Below the pieces are notes generated by a model. The model had not been told where the DNA came from. It made no database searches and worked only from the letters and a program-made list of their open reading frames with translations. Below, in pieces: positions 46,781-55,723 of a DNA stretch of 64,000 nt (within the stretch, counting starts at the first letter, position 1; the number at the start of each line of letters is the position of its first letter). Source of the stretch: Thermoplasmatota archaeon (GTDB taxonomy: Archaea > Thermoplasmatota > E2 > JACPAO01 > JAHFTW01); assembly GCA_038046785.1 (NCBI GenBank), contig JBBSVM010000006.1, positions 101,875 to 165,874 of the forward strand. The letters are read 5' to 3'. The translations under genes and the position numbers were made by a program.

Positions 46781-48430
46781 TTAGCCTCGGACGTGGAGGG
46801 TGAAGGGCAGCTCGTCGAGGAAGACGTCGCCGGTCTGGAAGGAGAGCGTGACATCGTAGGCTCCCGAGCGGACGAGCAGGAGATTGTGGACCATCCAGGC
46901 GCCGGCACCGTTGGGGATGGCGTCGAACGAGGAGGCGCCCAGGCTGGGGTCGGCTTGGGAGACGAGGGTGAGGCGTAGGCAGGAGTCGCGGCCACACGTC
47001 GCGGTGCCTTCGTTGGCACCCGTGTCAATGCGGGTGACGGTGATGGAGGGGTGCGAGGGTTGCCCTGCCAAGGGGGCAGGGTCGAAGACGATGCGCGCCA
47101 TGTAGGTGTCGCCGTGCGCCATGATTTCGATGGCTTCTGGAGCGGTGGCCATGACGGGTGGGGCAATGGCGGTCAGGATGCCGGCCAATGCGAGGACTGC
47201 GGCTCCCACAACGGCCTCCATGGCGATGGTGCGGCGAAACGCCGTGGCTCGGGCCGGCTCGTCCTGAGACGTGCGGGCGAGGCGGCGCAGGTGGACGAAA
47301 CGGTTGATGGCGGCCAAGCCGACCATGGCAGCGGCGGCGGCGACCTTGAAACCGAGGACGGTTCCATAGCGGGAGTCGAAGAGGCTGAAGGGGTCGGCGA
47401 CGAGGTCGGGTCCCAGGATGAGGAGGGTCGAGAGTGTGCCGGTGAGGGCGACGATGAGGACCGCCCAGAGCGCCACCTTCGAGAAGGCGAAGGCGCGCTC
47501 CAGGATGGTGCGAGCCGTGAAGGTGCGGTGGCGGGTGAGGTCGACGAGGAGGATGAAGAGGCCACCGACCCAGGCGGCACCGGCGAGGTAGTGGATGGCG
47601 TCGATGGAGATGGCCAAGATGCCGCTGCCGCTGCTGTGCGCAAAGCGGGCACTGGCGAGTGCCGCAACGGCGGCAAGCAAGAGGGGGAGAGCGGGACGCA
47701 GACGGCCATGCCGCAGAGCGTACATCCCAAGCAGGAGGAGAGCGGCACCTGCGAGGATGCGAATTGCCAGGTTGAGGCCGAGGGTGGTGCCGAGGAAGGA
47801 GGGGAGTGAGAGGTTGGCGGAGCTGCTGGTGTCGAGGAGTAAGCCGATAGCGCCGAGGCCAACCAGTGCACCCGCGATGGCGGTGAGTCCGGAGGACCAT
47901 GTCGCGTCGAGGCTCTGGCCGCGCGGGAGCATTAGGCGGTAGAGACTGACGCCGACAGCGAGGGCGAGGCCGGCGTAGGCGATGACGCGCCACCCCATCG
48001 AGGCGGGCGACTCGTCGGCGGTTTGCATGGACGAAGCAGGGGGTGTCGCGTCTCCGATGGCGAAACCGAAGGATCCCGTGGTGACGTGGCCGTCTGCGCC
48101 GGAGAGGGCGCGCCAGGTCACCAAGTAGGCGCCGGGGCCGAGCGGTTCGAGGGAGACGCGCATCGTGCGGTCGTCGCTTGGGTCGAAGGTCGTGTCGTCG
48201 CGGTCCACGCGGCGTCCGGAGGAGTCGGTGACGGTGAGGCGGGATGCTGCGTGGTCAGGCGTCTCCGTCAACGTAACCTGGACGGTGGTTGGCGCGGCCG
48301 AGAGGTGTTCGCCTTCGGAGGGAACGCTGGAGGCGTAGACAGCGTGCGCTGCCACAGTGGGAACCGTGAGCAGGAGGGCCAGGATTCCTCCCAGCAACCA
48401 AAGGTTCCGGAGACTGGAATTGGCCCGCAC
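46781..48430 (-). CDS. CopC-CopD fusion with C-terminal Ig-like domain
   Basis: AA-HAVYASSVP, WRALSGADGH, AWVGGL, YG.VL..K. Confidence 0.92.
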   Translation of the reverse strand: MRANSSLRNLWLLGGILALLLTVPTVAAHAVYASSVPSEGEHLSAAPTTVQVTLTETPDHAASRLTVTDSSGRRVDRDDTTFDPSDDRTMRVSLEPLGPGAYLVTWRALSGADGHVTTGSFGFAIGDATPPASSMQTADESPASMGWRVIAYAGLALAVGVSLYRLMLPRGQSLDATWSSGLTAIAGALVGLGAIGLLLDTSSSANLSLPSFLGTTLGLNLAIRILAGAALLLLGMYALRHGRLRPALPLLLAAVAALASARFAHSSGSGILAISIDAIHYLAGAAWVGGLFILLVDLTRHRTFTARTILERAFAFSKVALWAVLIVALTGTLSTLLILGPDLVADPFSLFDSRYGTVLGFKVAAAAAMVGLAAINRFVHLRRLARTSQDEPARATAFRRTIAMEAVVGAAVLALAGILTAIAPPVMATAPEAIEIMAHGDTYMARIVFDPAPLAGQPSHPSITVTRIDTGANEGTATCGRDSCLRLTLVSQADPSLGASSFDAIPNGAGAWMVHNLLLVRSGAYDVTLSFQTGDVFLDELPFTLHVRG

Positions 48431-48467
48431 GGCGCTCAGACGACGGAGGTGCCCGATTTCATGGCGC

Positions 48468-48494
48468 TGCTAAGTCCGATGCTGGTTTTTCATA
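48468..48494 (-). promoter_or_regulatory. Operator TATGAA-N15-TTAGCA, copy 4
   Basis: 38 nt from the copCD start. Confidence 0.8.
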
Positions 48495-48558
48495 AGGGTG
48501 GGTGCGGGAAGGCGTGCGCACCCGAGGCAGAGACGGGAGCCACGCAAGGGGGCAGCCG

Positions 48559-49488
48559 TCACTCGATGACTTCGGCGAAGTCCGCTTCAACTTTGTCCTG
48601 GAAAGCTTTCTTCGCGAACGTGAGGTTGCCTTTTACTGCCGGCTGCGAAAAGGAAAGGTCAGTGCGGACACCAACGTTGACGTTGGTCGGGATAAGCGTG
48701 GTTTCACGACGGGGTGTGATGTTGGTGACTTGGTAGGGTTGCGCTACGTTGACGAAGTCTCGGAACAGTTCGCCTGCGACCAGCTTGTCCATGATTTCGA
48801 GCACTTGGTTGATGGTGGTATGCCCAGCGACAGTTTCGGCAGAGCGGAGTTGGGCGCGAAGGCGCTGAAGTTCGCGTTGGCGCCCTGTCAGCGCCTGTTG
48901 GAGCTCCTGTCGGCGCTTCATGACATTCTTGACTTTGTCCGGGATGGACGCGGAGAAGGAACGTTCCACGCCGACACCTACGGAGACGTCGACTTTGTCG
49001 ATGTTGAGGTCAGAGTAGATGGTCTCCAGCATTCCCGCATCTTTGATGGAGGAGTGCAACCAGTAGAGGTCTTGTTCCCGCTGTCGTTCCGGGTCGACTG
49101 GCGCGCGGACTTCGACAAGTTCGTCGAGGGCCTCTTTCGTGATTTGGCCCTTGAGGATGACGAGGAGGGTTTCGCCGCGTGAGAATTGCTTGGCGCTGGC
49201 CAGCCAGTGGCGTGAGCCTTCCTCCCAGACGACCGGTATGCGGTTTTGCCCGCTGTCGTAGACTTCGTCGATGCGGTATCCGACGATGCCCGGAATCTGT
49301 AGCTTCCGGACGGCGGTGAGGGCGCTGTCGGGAATTTGCACTTTCATCTTCATGACCGAGGTGCGGTCTTGGTAGTCGACTCGAAGACTCTGTACGCTTG
49401 GTCCAAAGTTCTTGAGCTTTTCAATGGCTTGGTTGAATCCGACGGCGACCTCTTTCAGTGCCTTCGTTTCGCCGTACCCGAATGTCAT
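48559..49488 (-). CDS. Hypothetical cytoplasmic protein with coiled coil
   Basis: Start MTFGY with GGAGG SD and ATGA overlap. Confidence 0.85.
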   Translation of the reverse strand: MTFGYGETKALKEVAVGFNQAIEKLKNFGPSVQSLRVDYQDRTSVMKMKVQIPDSALTAVRKLQIPGIVGYRIDEVYDSGQNRIPVVWEEGSRHWLASAKQFSRGETLLVILKGQITKEALDELVEVRAPVDPERQREQDLYWLHSSIKDAGMLETIYSDLNIDKVDVSVGVGVERSFSASIPDKVKNVMKRRQELQQALTGRQRELQRLRAQLRSAETVAGHTTINQVLEIMDKLVAGELFRDFVNVAQPYQVTNITPRRETTLIPTNVNVGVRTDLSFSQPAVKGNLTFAKKAFQDKVEADFAEVIE

Positions 49489-50558
49489 TTCTTTGCCTCC
49501 ATTTTTTCTTTTAGCCATACAATACGGACAGGAATCTCGAATGACTTGCCGTTGGTGCGTTCATCGTTGACGCTGATGTGGTGGTTCAGCACGGGGTAGT
49601 CGTTGCCCATCGAGTCCTGGTAGGTGAGGGCGAAATCCAGGGATTGGAAATGGTGGTCGAGGACAATGCTCGTGTTGCCCTGCTGCATTCGGACGCCCTC
49701 GGCGGGGTTCATGGACATCATGTCGAGGAGGGAGGCGATCCAGATTTGTTCGATTTCCGAGTGGAGCAGCCTTCCCAGTTTTTCTCGGTACTCTTTGTCC
49801 CCGAGCATTTCACGTTGGGCGCGCATGGCGGCCAAGAATTCGGGGTCGAGTTTTTCGCCTGTGTCAAGGGCGTTGAGGATTCGCGACATCGTTTCCACCA
49901 CAAGTTCTTCCCCAACTTTTACGCGCGTTCCCTTTGGGGGCTCGCTGGCGGGCAAAGGCTCGTCGAGGTCGCGACGGGGGGCAAGACGCTTGAGGATGGC
50001 CTCAAAAAGGAGTTCGTTGCGGATTTTACTCTGCCCATTGGATGTAACCTCGACGTGGACGCGAGCGGAGCCGCTGCCCACGAGTTTGACTTTGATCTCA
50101 AGTGGTCCGGCCTTCCCATCCGGGGGGATGCGGAAGTTGTCGGGGGCGTCCACGATTTCGATGGTGGGGCGAATGACTCGAGTTTGCACGTCAACGACGT
50201 GAATCTCTTGTTCGCCGGAGAAGAATGCCGCTTGGATGTTGATGATTTCTTCGCGTGCCACGGGAAGTCGCTTGCAGAGCAAGGTGCCGGAAAGGTAGCC
50301 ATGGATTCCAACGTCCGTGACGCGGAAGGTCGTACCAGTTGTGTGCTCGTCCATCGACGTCAAGCGGGCATTGTGGATTGCCTTGATCTCCACCCCGGTT
50401 GGCAGACGGAATTCGACTGCATTGAGGGCATCAAATGGAGTCCAGAGCAAGTGGAACGGGGCGGCCTCGTTGGGGAGGACCCAATCTGCCAGATATGCCT
50501 CCTTGAAATGGAATCTTGGACCATCAGCCGCCGGTGAAGATTGGGGGGCGGACTGCAT
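49485..50558 (-). CDS. Hypothetical cytoplasmic protein (beta-sandwich-like with helical insert)
   Basis: Long ORF, likely start MQSAPQ; coupled to the downstream gene. Confidence 0.8.
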   Translation of the reverse strand: MQSAPQSSPAADGPRFHFKEAYLADWVLPNEAAPFHLLWTPFDALNAVEFRLPTGVEIKAIHNARLTSMDEHTTGTTFRVTDVGIHGYLSGTLLCKRLPVAREEIINIQAAFFSGEQEIHVVDVQTRVIRPTIEIVDAPDNFRIPPDGKAGPLEIKVKLVGSGSARVHVEVTSNGQSKIRNELLFEAILKRLAPRRDLDEPLPASEPPKGTRVKVGEELVVETMSRILNALDTGEKLDPEFLAAMRAQREMLGDKEYREKLGRLLHSEIEQIWIASLLDMMSMNPAEGVRMQQGNTSIVLDHHFQSLDFALTYQDSMGNDYPVLNHHISVNDERTNGKSFEIPVRIVWLKEKMEAKK

Positions 50559-50830
50559 GGCAGAGATGCCAAGCGCCAGAGTCCCATTTGAAGGTGCGTG
50601 GAGCCGGCCTTCGGCCGGGGGCGTGGCGGCGCTGCGGCGCCGCGCACGCTTGCCGACGACGAGAGGAACAGTGCCGCGTTGGGGCTTCCAAGTGGGCGAG
50701 CGGCTGGCCCTTGCGCTGGGGCGAGCCGAACGCCCACTTCGTTCGCGCTGGCGTTCTTCGTCGCTCCACACCGATCCTCATTCGTGTATGTGAGTCCACG
50801 CACAGGCCAATGCGTGTACCACTTTCACTC

Positions 50831-50913
50831 ATCCTCCCCGGTCGCTTATCTTCTGATACGCGTTTCGCGCCTTCAGCGCGAAACGCGCTTCAGTGGATTG
50901 CGACCGGGGGGAT
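50831..50913. other. Long imperfect hairpin
   Basis: Perfect 12-bp inner stem 50859-70/50876-87; outer stem 50831-45/50900-13. Confidence 0.8.
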
Positions 50914-51097
50914 AAGAAAAATAGGGAACCCCCCAACCCAGTTCCTGAACCTCCCCCACCCAATAAGAAAAGGTGGGAGCACCAAAGAGAGAATACGGGC
51001 CCTTTGCGCGTTGATTGGGATGCGGTGCGGAGTCCGCCTGTCCCGCGCAGGCGCCGCGACTTTGGACCCATACTTAAGCGCCTCGGGCGAGAGCGCG

Positions 51098-51298
51098 TCA
51101 GAGGATGCGGACGTTCTTGGCGAGCGTCTTGAATCGTTCACCCGATTTCGTGGTGACGGTGATGGAGACCTGCTTGTAGGTCGCTCCGATCTTGAGGTCC
51201 GAGATCGTTCCCGATTTGCCTTTGTGGGTTCCGTCAACGACTTCGCAGGCGGCGCCGTCGCGCAGGCCGGTGGGTGTTGCGGGGGATGACTTTGCCAT
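51098..51298 (-). CDS. Small KOW-motif protein
   Basis: GAACEVVDGTHKGKSGTI. Confidence 0.8.
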   Translation of the reverse strand: MAKSSPATPTGLRDGAACEVVDGTHKGKSGTISDLKIGATYKQVSITVTTKSGERFKTLAKNVRIL

Positions 51299-51364
51299 CT
51301 TGTGGGCACCCGAGATGTCCCGCAAAAGAGTTGCCGTGGGGCGTCGTCGTCACGCGTTGTGGGT

Positions 51365-51877
51365 TCAGCGCGCGAGGTCCACGAGAGCAACTGCTTCGAG
51401 GACCAGGTCGAGGCGGCGTTCCGGCGTCGTCGCCGCGAGCTGAAGCGCGGTGATGCCGAAGTCGAGCAGTTTCGATTCGCGGGGGGCCAGCAGGGCGTCG
51501 TCCTCGTCGAGGCCCAGGCTGTGCACGAAATGCTCGACGGCGTCGCTGCCTTTGGGGCCGAGGCCGATGACGATGGCGCCGGACGTCACGTCGGGGAGGC
51601 CCATTTTCTCCAGCGCCGCCGAGATGGAGCGTTCGCCGGCGAGGTAGCGCAGGAACTCCACTTCCGGCCGCTCGGCTTGGGCGCGGCCCTCGGCGGCGGC
51701 GCGGGCGGCAAGGCGGGCGGCGTGGCGCACGTGGTCACTGCCGAGCACTCGGTCCGCGCGCACGACCTGCAGCGGAGCGATGCGGCTGGATTTCTTGGCG
51801 ACGAAGAGGGCGTCCTCCAGCTTGAGCGGGCCGCGCACGGCGGCGAGGGCGACCTGATCTTCGGGGAAGCGCATCAT
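51365..51877 (-). CDS. cgi121: KEOPS complex subunit Cgi121
   Basis: EFLRYLAGERSISAALEKMG; follows Hel308. Confidence 0.88.
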   Translation of the reverse strand: MMRFPEDQVALAAVRGPLKLEDALFVAKKSSRIAPLQVVRADRVLGSDHVRHAARLAARAAAEGRAQAERPEVEFLRYLAGERSISAALEKMGLPDVTSGAIVIGLGPKGSDAVEHFVHSLGLDEDDALLAPRESKLLDFGITALQLAATTPERRLDLVLEAVALVDLAR

Positions 51878-54087
51878 GGATTTCGCTCTCCGAATCCAAG
51901 GATGGTGGCTTGGCCCTTGCCCTTTTGTGGCGGCGTCGCGGCGGCGTCGGGCGCTTGCTGGTCAGGGTCGCCTCCCACTTGCCGGACAAGGTCGGCAGCG
52001 AGCTTTGGCCCAAACCCGGGCAGGCTGGCGATGCGGCTTGCGGGGGCCAACCTGAGTTTGGCCGGTGTGCCAAACCCGGCGGCGTGCAGGGTGCGAGCAC
52101 GAACGCGACCGACGCCGCGCAGAGCGATGAGTGGCAGGAGTTCCGGTTTGATGCCATGCTCAAGACGCAGAGAGAGCTCCTGAATCGGTTTCTGCCAGGC
52201 GGGGGCAAGGCCGCGCGCCAGCTCGCCGAACGCGTGCAGCATCCAGTTGGCGGAGTCGAGCCGCATGCGCAGGTCGCCGGGGCCGATGGCGTAGCGCTCC
52301 TCGATGGCGTCGAGGCTGGACTCCGCCATCCAGTCCTCAAGCAGGAAGGCGGTTTTGGCGTAGCTGAGGGCCGCTTCGAGGTCGCGGCCATCCCCTTCGA
52401 TGAGCAGCTCTTCGTGGTGGTCCCAGAACCGCTGCTGCACCCAGTCGTCCTCTTTGCGCAGGTAGAGCGCGAAGAGGTTGGGGCAGCCGGCGATGGCTTG
52501 CAGGAGCGCGAACGGTGTTGGTGTCTTGCCCGATTCGAGCGCCTCGCGCAAACGCAGCGCCGAGAGCGGGTCGATGTAGAGGTCGCTGGCGCGCTTGCCA
52601 AACGTGGTTGCTTCAAGCCGCTTGCCCTGCGGCTTGACGAAGTCGTGCTCGATGAGGAACGAGAGGACGTCCTCGACGCGGTCGCGGCGAATCCAGTCGG
52701 AGACCTCGGTGGCCCAGAAGGTTTTCGCGAAGAAATTGGCGAGGCTCTCCTCCGAATCGGCGTAGCCGCCGGCGAGCGTCGCAAGAACATGGGTGCGCAG
52801 CGCCCCCTCGGCGGCAAGCTTGCTTGCCACCGGTTCCACCTCGCCGCGCAGGTAGGTCTCCTCAAACGCTTCTTTCTGTTCCAGAGTTTTGGCGATGAGG
52901 ACCGCCTCGCCGTAGGGGTCGAAGCGGGGGCGGCCGGCGCGTCCCATCATCTGCTTCACCTCCATCACGGGCAACGGGCGGGAACCTTCGCCCGCCTCGA
53001 AGCGGGTCATGTCGCGAATGATGACGCGGCGGGCGGGGGTGTTCACGCCGGCCGCGAGCGTCGGCGTCGCACAGAGAACTTTGACGAGCCCTTTGCGGAA
53101 ACTCTCCTCCAGGAAGCGGCGCTGCTTGGAGTCGAGGCCGGCGGTGTGGAAGGCGACCCCCGCCTCGACCAGTTTGCGCAGCTTGCGCCCCGTCAGGCTG
53201 CCTTCTTCCTCGTCGAGGGTGGCGGCCGCTGCGGCAAGCGCCTCCAATTGCTGCGGCGAGAGCTGGGCGCGCACCGGGCCGGCGAGGCGCTGCGCCGCGG
53301 TCTCGGCCGCCTTGCGCGTCGAGACGAAGACGAGGCATTGGCCGCCGTCGCGGATGGTCTCCTCGGCAAGCGAGGCGACCGGGTCGCCGCCCGCTTCGAG
53401 CCGTCGCACCGGTTGGCCGAGAAATTCCAGGCGGTCCCCGTAGTAGGTGCCGGTGTGGAGCTTCGTCGGGCGCCAGTCGGAGGAGACCAGCTTGGCGCCG
53501 AGCCAGTGCGCGACGTCGGCGGCGTTCTGGATGGTGGCCGAGAGCGCGACAATCTGCGCCTGCGGGTTGAGGCTGCGGAACCGGGTCAGGATGACTTCGA
53601 GCGTGGGGCCGCGCGAGGCGTCGTTGAGGAGATGCGCCTCATCGGCGACGATGCAGCCAATCTCCTCCATCCATGGGGAGCGATGGCGCAGCAAAGCGTC
53701 GGCCTTCTCCGAGGTGCAGACGATGACGTCGAAGCGGCCCAGGCGCGGGTCGCGCTCGTCAAGGTCGCCGGTGGCGAGGCCGACGGTGAGGCCGAGCGAC
53801 TTGAACTGCTGCAACTCCTCGTGCTTCTCGGATGCGAGGGCGCGAAGCGGAACGATGTAGAGCGCCTTCGTTTTCGTGGCCGGGCCGGTGATGCCGAGCC
53901 AGCGGTGCAGGATGGCGAGGTAGGCGACGAGTGATTTTCCGCTCGCGGTCGGAATCGCGACGAGGGCGTTCTTGCCCTCTTTGATGACTGCCCAGGCAGC
54001 CTCCTGTGGCGGGTAGAGCGCCTGGATGCCGGAACCCTCGAGCACGGCGGCGACACGAGGGTCGATGCCAAGCGCCAGGAGGCCCAC
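51874..54087 (-). CDS. hel308: ATP-dependent DNA helicase Hel308/Hjm
   Basis: PTASGKS, DEAH, SAT, QMMGRAGRP, C-terminal HhH. Confidence 0.95.
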   Translation of the reverse strand: MGLLALGIDPRVAAVLEGSGIQALYPPQEAAWAVIKEGKNALVAIPTASGKSLVAYLAILHRWLGITGPATKTKALYIVPLRALASEKHEELQQFKSLGLTVGLATGDLDERDPRLGRFDVIVCTSEKADALLRHRSPWMEEIGCIVADEAHLLNDASRGPTLEVILTRFRSLNPQAQIVALSATIQNAADVAHWLGAKLVSSDWRPTKLHTGTYYGDRLEFLGQPVRRLEAGGDPVASLAEETIRDGGQCLVFVSTRKAAETAAQRLAGPVRAQLSPQQLEALAAAAATLDEEEGSLTGRKLRKLVEAGVAFHTAGLDSKQRRFLEESFRKGLVKVLCATPTLAAGVNTPARRVIIRDMTRFEAGEGSRPLPVMEVKQMMGRAGRPRFDPYGEAVLIAKTLEQKEAFEETYLRGEVEPVASKLAAEGALRTHVLATLAGGYADSEESLANFFAKTFWATEVSDWIRRDRVEDVLSFLIEHDFVKPQGKRLEATTFGKRASDLYIDPLSALRLREALESGKTPTPFALLQAIAGCPNLFALYLRKEDDWVQQRFWDHHEELLIEGDGRDLEAALSYAKTAFLLEDWMAESSLDAIEERYAIGPGDLRMRLDSANWMLHAFGELARGLAPAWQKPIQELSLRLEHGIKPELLPLIALRGVGRVRARTLHAAGFGTPAKLRLAPASRIASLPGFGPKLAADLVRQVGGDPDQQAPDAAATPPQKGKGQATILGFGERNP

Positions 54088-54202
54088 AGTGGGGCGACAG
54101 GGCGGGCTCGGTTAAGGGTGCGGGAGGGTGAAGGAAAACGTTCCAGCGACTGCGTGACGCCCACCCAAACGGAGATGACGGGGGCGGCCGTCCCATCCGG
54201 TG

Positions 54203-54634
54203 ATGAGCATGCCGAGCCTGCTGCCGCCCGCCATCCACCCCATCCTCGTCCATTTCCCCATCGTCCTTCTGCCCGCCGCCGCCATCCTGGCCACGTTCCG
54301 CAACCGGCTGCCGTGGGCCGCCCAAGCCACGCCGCTTGCCCTGGTCGTCGCAGCCGTCGGTGCGCTGGCCGCCATGGTGTTCGGCATCCTGGAACATGAG
54401 CCGTGGGAGGAGCTGCTGAACGGCACGCCACAGCAGCCGTGGCTCGACAACCACAAGATTCTCGGCGTCGCGACCGCCACGGTCACCACATTGCTGGCCT
54501 TCGCCGCTTGGCGCAGCCGCACCAACCTGTTCGCCGGCCGCCGCGGCTCCACCTGGACTCTCGCGCTCTGGGCCGCCACCGCCTTGGTCGCCTTGACGGC
54601 TTGGTACGGCGGCGCCCTCGTGCACGAAACCTGA
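54203..54634 (+). CDS. DUF2231-like membrane protein
   Basis: IHPILVHFPI...WYGGALVH. Confidence 0.85.
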   Translation: MSMPSLLPPAIHPILVHFPIVLLPAAAILATFRNRLPWAAQATPLALVVAAVGALAAMVFGILEHEPWEELLNGTPQQPWLDNHKILGVATATVTTLLAFAAWRSRTNLFAGRRGSTWTLALWAATALVALTAWYGGALVHET

Positions 54635-54704
54635 ACGCCCCACGAGCAACCATTGGGCAGACAAGAATAGTCTCTTATAGAAGTGATAGGCACTACAGGA
54701 GTGG

Positions 54705-55682
54705 ATGCTGCGTGGAGATCTCATCGAGCAGGTGCGCGCCGTGCTGGCGCGCGCTGGCTTCACGGTGAGCGACCGCTGCGACTTGCGCCCGGTCAGTTTC
54801 GACCTCGTCGCCCGCCGCGACAAGGAGCTCGCCATGGTCAAGGTGCTCGGCAACGTCGACGCCCTCTCCGAACCCATCGCGCAGGAGATCAAGGTGCTGT
54901 GCAAGTTCCTCGACGCGCGCCCCATCCTCGTCGGCCTGCGTGCCGGAGCGGGAGCGCTCGAGGACGGCGTCATCTACAACCGGCACGACATTCCCATCAT
55001 GACGCCGCCGACGCTGGAGCGCTACGTCCTGCACGGCGAGGCGCCCATGGTGTTCGCGGCGCCAGGAGGATTCTACGTCCACCTCGATGCGGCAGCGCTG
55101 CGACGCGCACGCGAGGAAGCGCAGGTGAGCCTCGGCGTCATGGCGCAGTTGGCAGGTGTGTCGCGCCGCGCCATCCAGATGTACGAAGAGGGCATGAGTG
55201 CCAGCATCGACGCCGCGATGCGGCTTGAGGAGGCGTTGCAGTCCGACCTCATCCAGCCGGTGGACCCGTTCGCCGCCTTCGACCCGACCCGCTTTGCACC
55301 GCCGCAACAGGCAGCCCCCACCGATGAAGACCCGATGCAGGCGGCGGTGCGCCGCATGCTGGAGTCACTTGGCTACCAGGTGCGCGCCACCCACCGCAGC
55401 CCGTTCAACGCTCTCTCCACTCCCGACACGCCGAAGGCGGAGAGCCTGCTGACAGGCATGGGTACCGATTCACCGCAACTGCGCCGCCGCGCCCGCGTCG
55501 TCACCAGTGTCAGCCGCGTCACCGGCCGCCCCGGCTTCTTCATTGTTGAACGCACCACGCGCACCAGCTTGGAGGGGATGCCGGTCGTGACGCGCGAAGA
55601 GCTGCGCCGCCTTGACGACCCGGTGGCCGTTCTGGAACTCATCCTGGAACGGCAGTCGCGCGAAGCGGCAAGCGACCTCTAG
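54705..55682 (+). CDS. Conserved archaeal Cro/C1-type HTH regulator
   Basis: SFDLVARR...KVLGNVD, LEDGVIYNRH, GVSRRAIQMYEEG. Confidence 0.9.
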   Translation: MLRGDLIEQVRAVLARAGFTVSDRCDLRPVSFDLVARRDKELAMVKVLGNVDALSEPIAQEIKVLCKFLDARPILVGLRAGAGALEDGVIYNRHDIPIMTPPTLERYVLHGEAPMVFAAPGGFYVHLDAAALRRAREEAQVSLGVMAQLAGVSRRAIQMYEEGMSASIDAAMRLEEALQSDLIQPVDPFAAFDPTRFAPPQQAAPTDEDPMQAAVRRMLESLGYQVRATHRSPFNALSTPDTPKAESLLTGMGTDSPQLRRRARVVTSVSRVTGRPGFFIVERTTRTSLEGMPVVTREELRRLDDPVAVLELILERQSREAASDL

Positions 55683-55723
55683 GCTGTCGCGAGGAGCGAG
55701 GCTCGCCGCAAGCCGCGCGGAAC

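Larger units (their letters stand above)
13299..48494. mobile_element. Copper/zinc homeostasis genomic island
   Basis: Dense metal transport, oxidase, cupredoxin and regulator genes; internal duplications and gene remnants; no mobility gene seen. Confidence 0.55.

Noticed and set aside
48559-50913. Retron (long hairpin plus adjacent genes)
   Set aside because: No reverse-transcriptase motifs (YADD, VTG) in either ORF
50800-51100. tRNA or att site at the island/core junction
   Set aside because: No cloverleaf or T-loop consensus, and no matching direct repeat found elsewhere in the window
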